Shown: positions 55,311-57,237 of the stretch, in pieces
Numbering within the stretch: position 1 is the first letter of the stretch
Layout: each line of letters begins with the position of its first letter
Virus record (IMG/VR): IMGVR_UViG_3300021964_000077
Location: 1 to 57,237 of that record
Direction: 5' to 3' (one strand)
DNA: 57,237 nt
Source of the DNA: a virus
Lineage: Duplodnaviria; Caudoviricetes
Notes under the pieces: generated by a model
Told to the model about the DNA's origin: nothing
Databases searched by the model: none
The model's input: only the letters and a program-made list of their open reading frames with translations
Program-made: the position numbers and the translations under genes

Positions 55311-56846
55311 ATGGCAATAACATTAAGAACACTCAAAGGTTCGAGACTAACTCACAAAGAGTTAGATGACAACTTCAGACATTTCACAGGATCCCACACT
55401 GTAGATGGAACGGTAACCGCTACAGGATTTGTAGGTGACGGTTCAGGATTAACAGGAGTAACAGCAGCTGCTGACTTAACAGGTACAACAGTAATCTCAG
55501 GATCAGTTCAGATCGCTGAATTAGGAGCAGGTATTATCTCTGGTTCAGTTCAATTAGACGGACAGAGACTCGGATTCACTTCTGACATCGAAGCAACCGG
55601 TTCATTTACAGGATCATTTGTAGGTGACGGATCTGGCTTAACAGGTATCGGCGGAGGTGCTTCAGCAATCTCAGGCTTAACTGACGTAAACTTAAACACA
55701 TTATCAGACGGAGAATACTTATCTTACGATGCAGCGACTAGCAGATGGTTAAATGTTGCTGCTCCTACTGTTGACCTAACAGGTACTGCAGTCATCTCAG
55801 GTTCAGGTTTAGAGTATAACTTAGCACAGACAAGCTGGGACTTCTCTAACACAATTGTGAACAGTGAAGGTTCTCATTTTGGAGAAAAACTCTCAGTTTA
55901 CGCTACGAATACCCTTTATAATAACGAAGGTGCTAAATGGAGAGACACAAACATCGGACACGAGGATGTTGCTTTGAAGTTTTACACATTTGGATCTAAT
56001 AACAATGATATCGAAATTAACGTTGTTCAAGGTCATATCTCAGCATCAGCGTTCTCAGGCTCATTCTCAGGCTCATTTGAAGGTGACGGTTCTGGTTTAA
56101 CTGGAGTAACAGCAGTAGCCGACTTAACAGGTACAACAGTCATCTCAGGTTCAAACCTATCTTATGATAGTAATGGTGGATCTCTATGGAATTTCGAGAG
56201 TAATGTACAGGTAACACTAGATGCCCAAGAAATAATCGGAGTATTACCAGTAGGTGGTAATAGATACACTGCCATGATAGAACCATCTGGTAAAGGAAAC
56301 TTCACATCACTTTCTATAATTGATGTTACTACTACGCCAGCAACAACAGAAGCACAAATTGACGCAAACGGAAGCGCCCAGTTTAGATCTCTTACTGTTA
56401 ATTATGCTGCAGCAATTAACGGAGATATAATTAGTCTCAAGAATGTAAATCACAGCATTGCTTCCGGGGAAGTATTCAAAGTTACCGCAGGAAACACAAC
56501 CTCTGAGATCTTTAGAGTAAACGGAGATAAGGAGATGGCAGTTAATGCCACCATAGTAGTTTCTGATTTTGATGGAAACACTCCTGCTTCAGCAGACTTT
56601 ACCGGTGCAACCGAAGGTGTCAGTGGTTCATTCTCAGGATCATTTGAAGGTGACGGATCTGGTTTAACTGGCTTGCCAGCAGGTAATGTTCCTGTAGTTG
56701 TATCACTTCCAGCAGTAGTAAATTCAGTCACCGGGTCAATGGTACTTTTTGATACTACAGTTGCTCAAGGCGCTACCGAACTTGCACTTCATGTATTTAC
56801 AGGAGAATCGGGAACAAACGGATGGAGAAAGATTCAATTCGCGTAA
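55311..56846 (+). CDS. Virion fibre protein
   Basis: N-terminal LRTLKGSRLTHKELDDNF anchor; four F(V/E)GDGSGLTG repeats; DLTGT(T/A)VISGS repeats; LTDVN...DGEYLSYD...W motif. Confidence 0.75.
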   Translation: MAITLRTLKGSRLTHKELDDNFRHFTGSHTVDGTVTATGFVGDGSGLTGVTAAADLTGTTVISGSVQIAELGAGIISGSVQLDGQRLGFTSDIEATGSFTGSFVGDGSGLTGIGGGASAISGLTDVNLNTLSDGEYLSYDAATSRWLNVAAPTVDLTGTAVISGSGLEYNLAQTSWDFSNTIVNSEGSHFGEKLSVYATNTLYNNEGAKWRDTNIGHEDVALKFYTFGSNNNDIEINVVQGHISASAFSGSFSGSFEGDGSGLTGVTAVADLTGTTVISGSNLSYDSNGGSLWNFESNVQVTLDAQEIIGVLPVGGNRYTAMIEPSGKGNFTSLSIIDVTTTPATTEAQIDANGSAQFRSLTVNYAAAINGDIISLKNVNHSIASGEVFKVTAGNTTSEIFRVNGDKEMAVNATIVVSDFDGNTPASADFTGATEGVSGSFSGSFEGDGSGLTGLPAGNVPVVVSLPAVVNSVTGSMVLFDTTVAQGATELALHVFTGESGTNGWRKIQFA

Positions 56847-56870
56847 CAGTAAGGCAACTTACTTAAATAG

Positions 56871-56903
56871 AAAAAGAAAGGGCCTTAATTGGCCCTTTTT
56901 TTT
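56871..56903 (+). terminator. Intrinsic terminator (bidirectional form)
   Basis: AAAGGGCC-TTAATT-GGCCCTTT followed by a T run; A run on the 5' side. Confidence 0.88.
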
Positions 56904-56949
56904 GTTAGTAAGTTAGAAAATTACCAAAACTTAACTTAGTATACAAAAA

Positions 56950-56980
56950 AGTTGGATAGTAGGCAACTAATTCGTATATT
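56950..56980 (+). promoter_or_regulatory. RGTTG-N16-TTCGTATATT promoter
   Basis: AGTTG-N16-TTCGTATATT, upstream of the ATG at 57000. Confidence 0.75.
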
Positions 56981-56999
56981 TAGTAGTTAATGTTAGAGT

Positions 57000-57179
57000 A
57001 TGAGAAGATTAGACTTATTAATTCAGAAGAGGGATGAACTAGTTAATCAGCTTATAGAGCTAAGGGTATGGCAAATAAACAACCCATCAGCTAAAGCAGA
57101 CGAATCAATTAAGCAACTAGACGATCAATTAGATGAACTCCAAGAAAAAATCGAAAGACTTAGAATGGATCTCCGATAA
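57000..57179 (+). CDS. Small coiled-coil hypothetical protein (59 aa, not in the ORF track)
   Basis: MRRLDLLIQKRDELVNQLIELRVWQINNPSAKADESIKQLDDQLDELQEKIERLRMDLR, downstream of the promoter motif. Confidence 0.65.
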   Translation: MRRLDLLIQKRDELVNQLIELRVWQINNPSAKADESIKQLDDQLDELQEKIERLRMDLR

Positions 57180-57237
57180 GGAGTGGGACTACTATTCAGG
57201 ACTTCCAAACCCAAAATTTTATGAACAGAGCGATAGT

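Noticed and set aside
1-57237. tRNA/rRNA genes, introns, inteins, integrase or stop-codon reassignment
   Set aside because: Intergenic gaps are short and explained by promoters and terminators. Conserved genes (gp23, nrdA, nrdB, dnaB, uvsX) are uninterrupted and of expected size under the standard code.

Overview
A 57 kb stretch of a large lytic tailed dsDNA phage (myovirus with a T4-type gp23 capsid, gp18 sheath and gp19 tube). All credible genes lie on the + strand. Gene order: head (scaffold, major capsid, PhoH, neck/tail-completion), a fibre/appendage block (two proline-poor collagen-like proteins, a beta-rich fibre, a 1683-aa Thr/Ser/Asn/Trp repeat protein), a sugar-metabolism cassette (KpsS/KpsC-like HP-motif transferase, cupin, SAM methyltransferase, 2OG-Fe(II) oxygenase, KdsB, KdsA), lectin-like LamG paralogues, the tail (sheath, tube, chaperones, tape measure, baseplate with a C-terminal M15 peptidase), replication genes (compact family-A polymerase, SSB, RecA/UvsX, 5'-3' exonuclease, DnaB, NrdB/NrdA) and another fibre. 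Two recurring upstream motifs are visible: TATTTATA (probable late promoter) and RGTTG-N16-TTCRTATATT (resembles the Bacteroidota housekeeping promoter). Together with the general lack of Shine-Dalgarno sequences, these suggest a Bacteroidota host (inference). The standout observation is the 1683-aa protein at 17239-22290. It has an 806-aa arm, a 72-aa six-Cys loop and an 805-aa arm, and the arms are complementary in antiparallel register (aromatic residues opposite Lys/Arg/Gln/small residues, with matching spacings). This suggests a giant self-pairing beta-hairpin filament, encoded next to a putative phage Kdo-glycosylation kit. All product calls come from motif recognition and gene context only; no searches were run.
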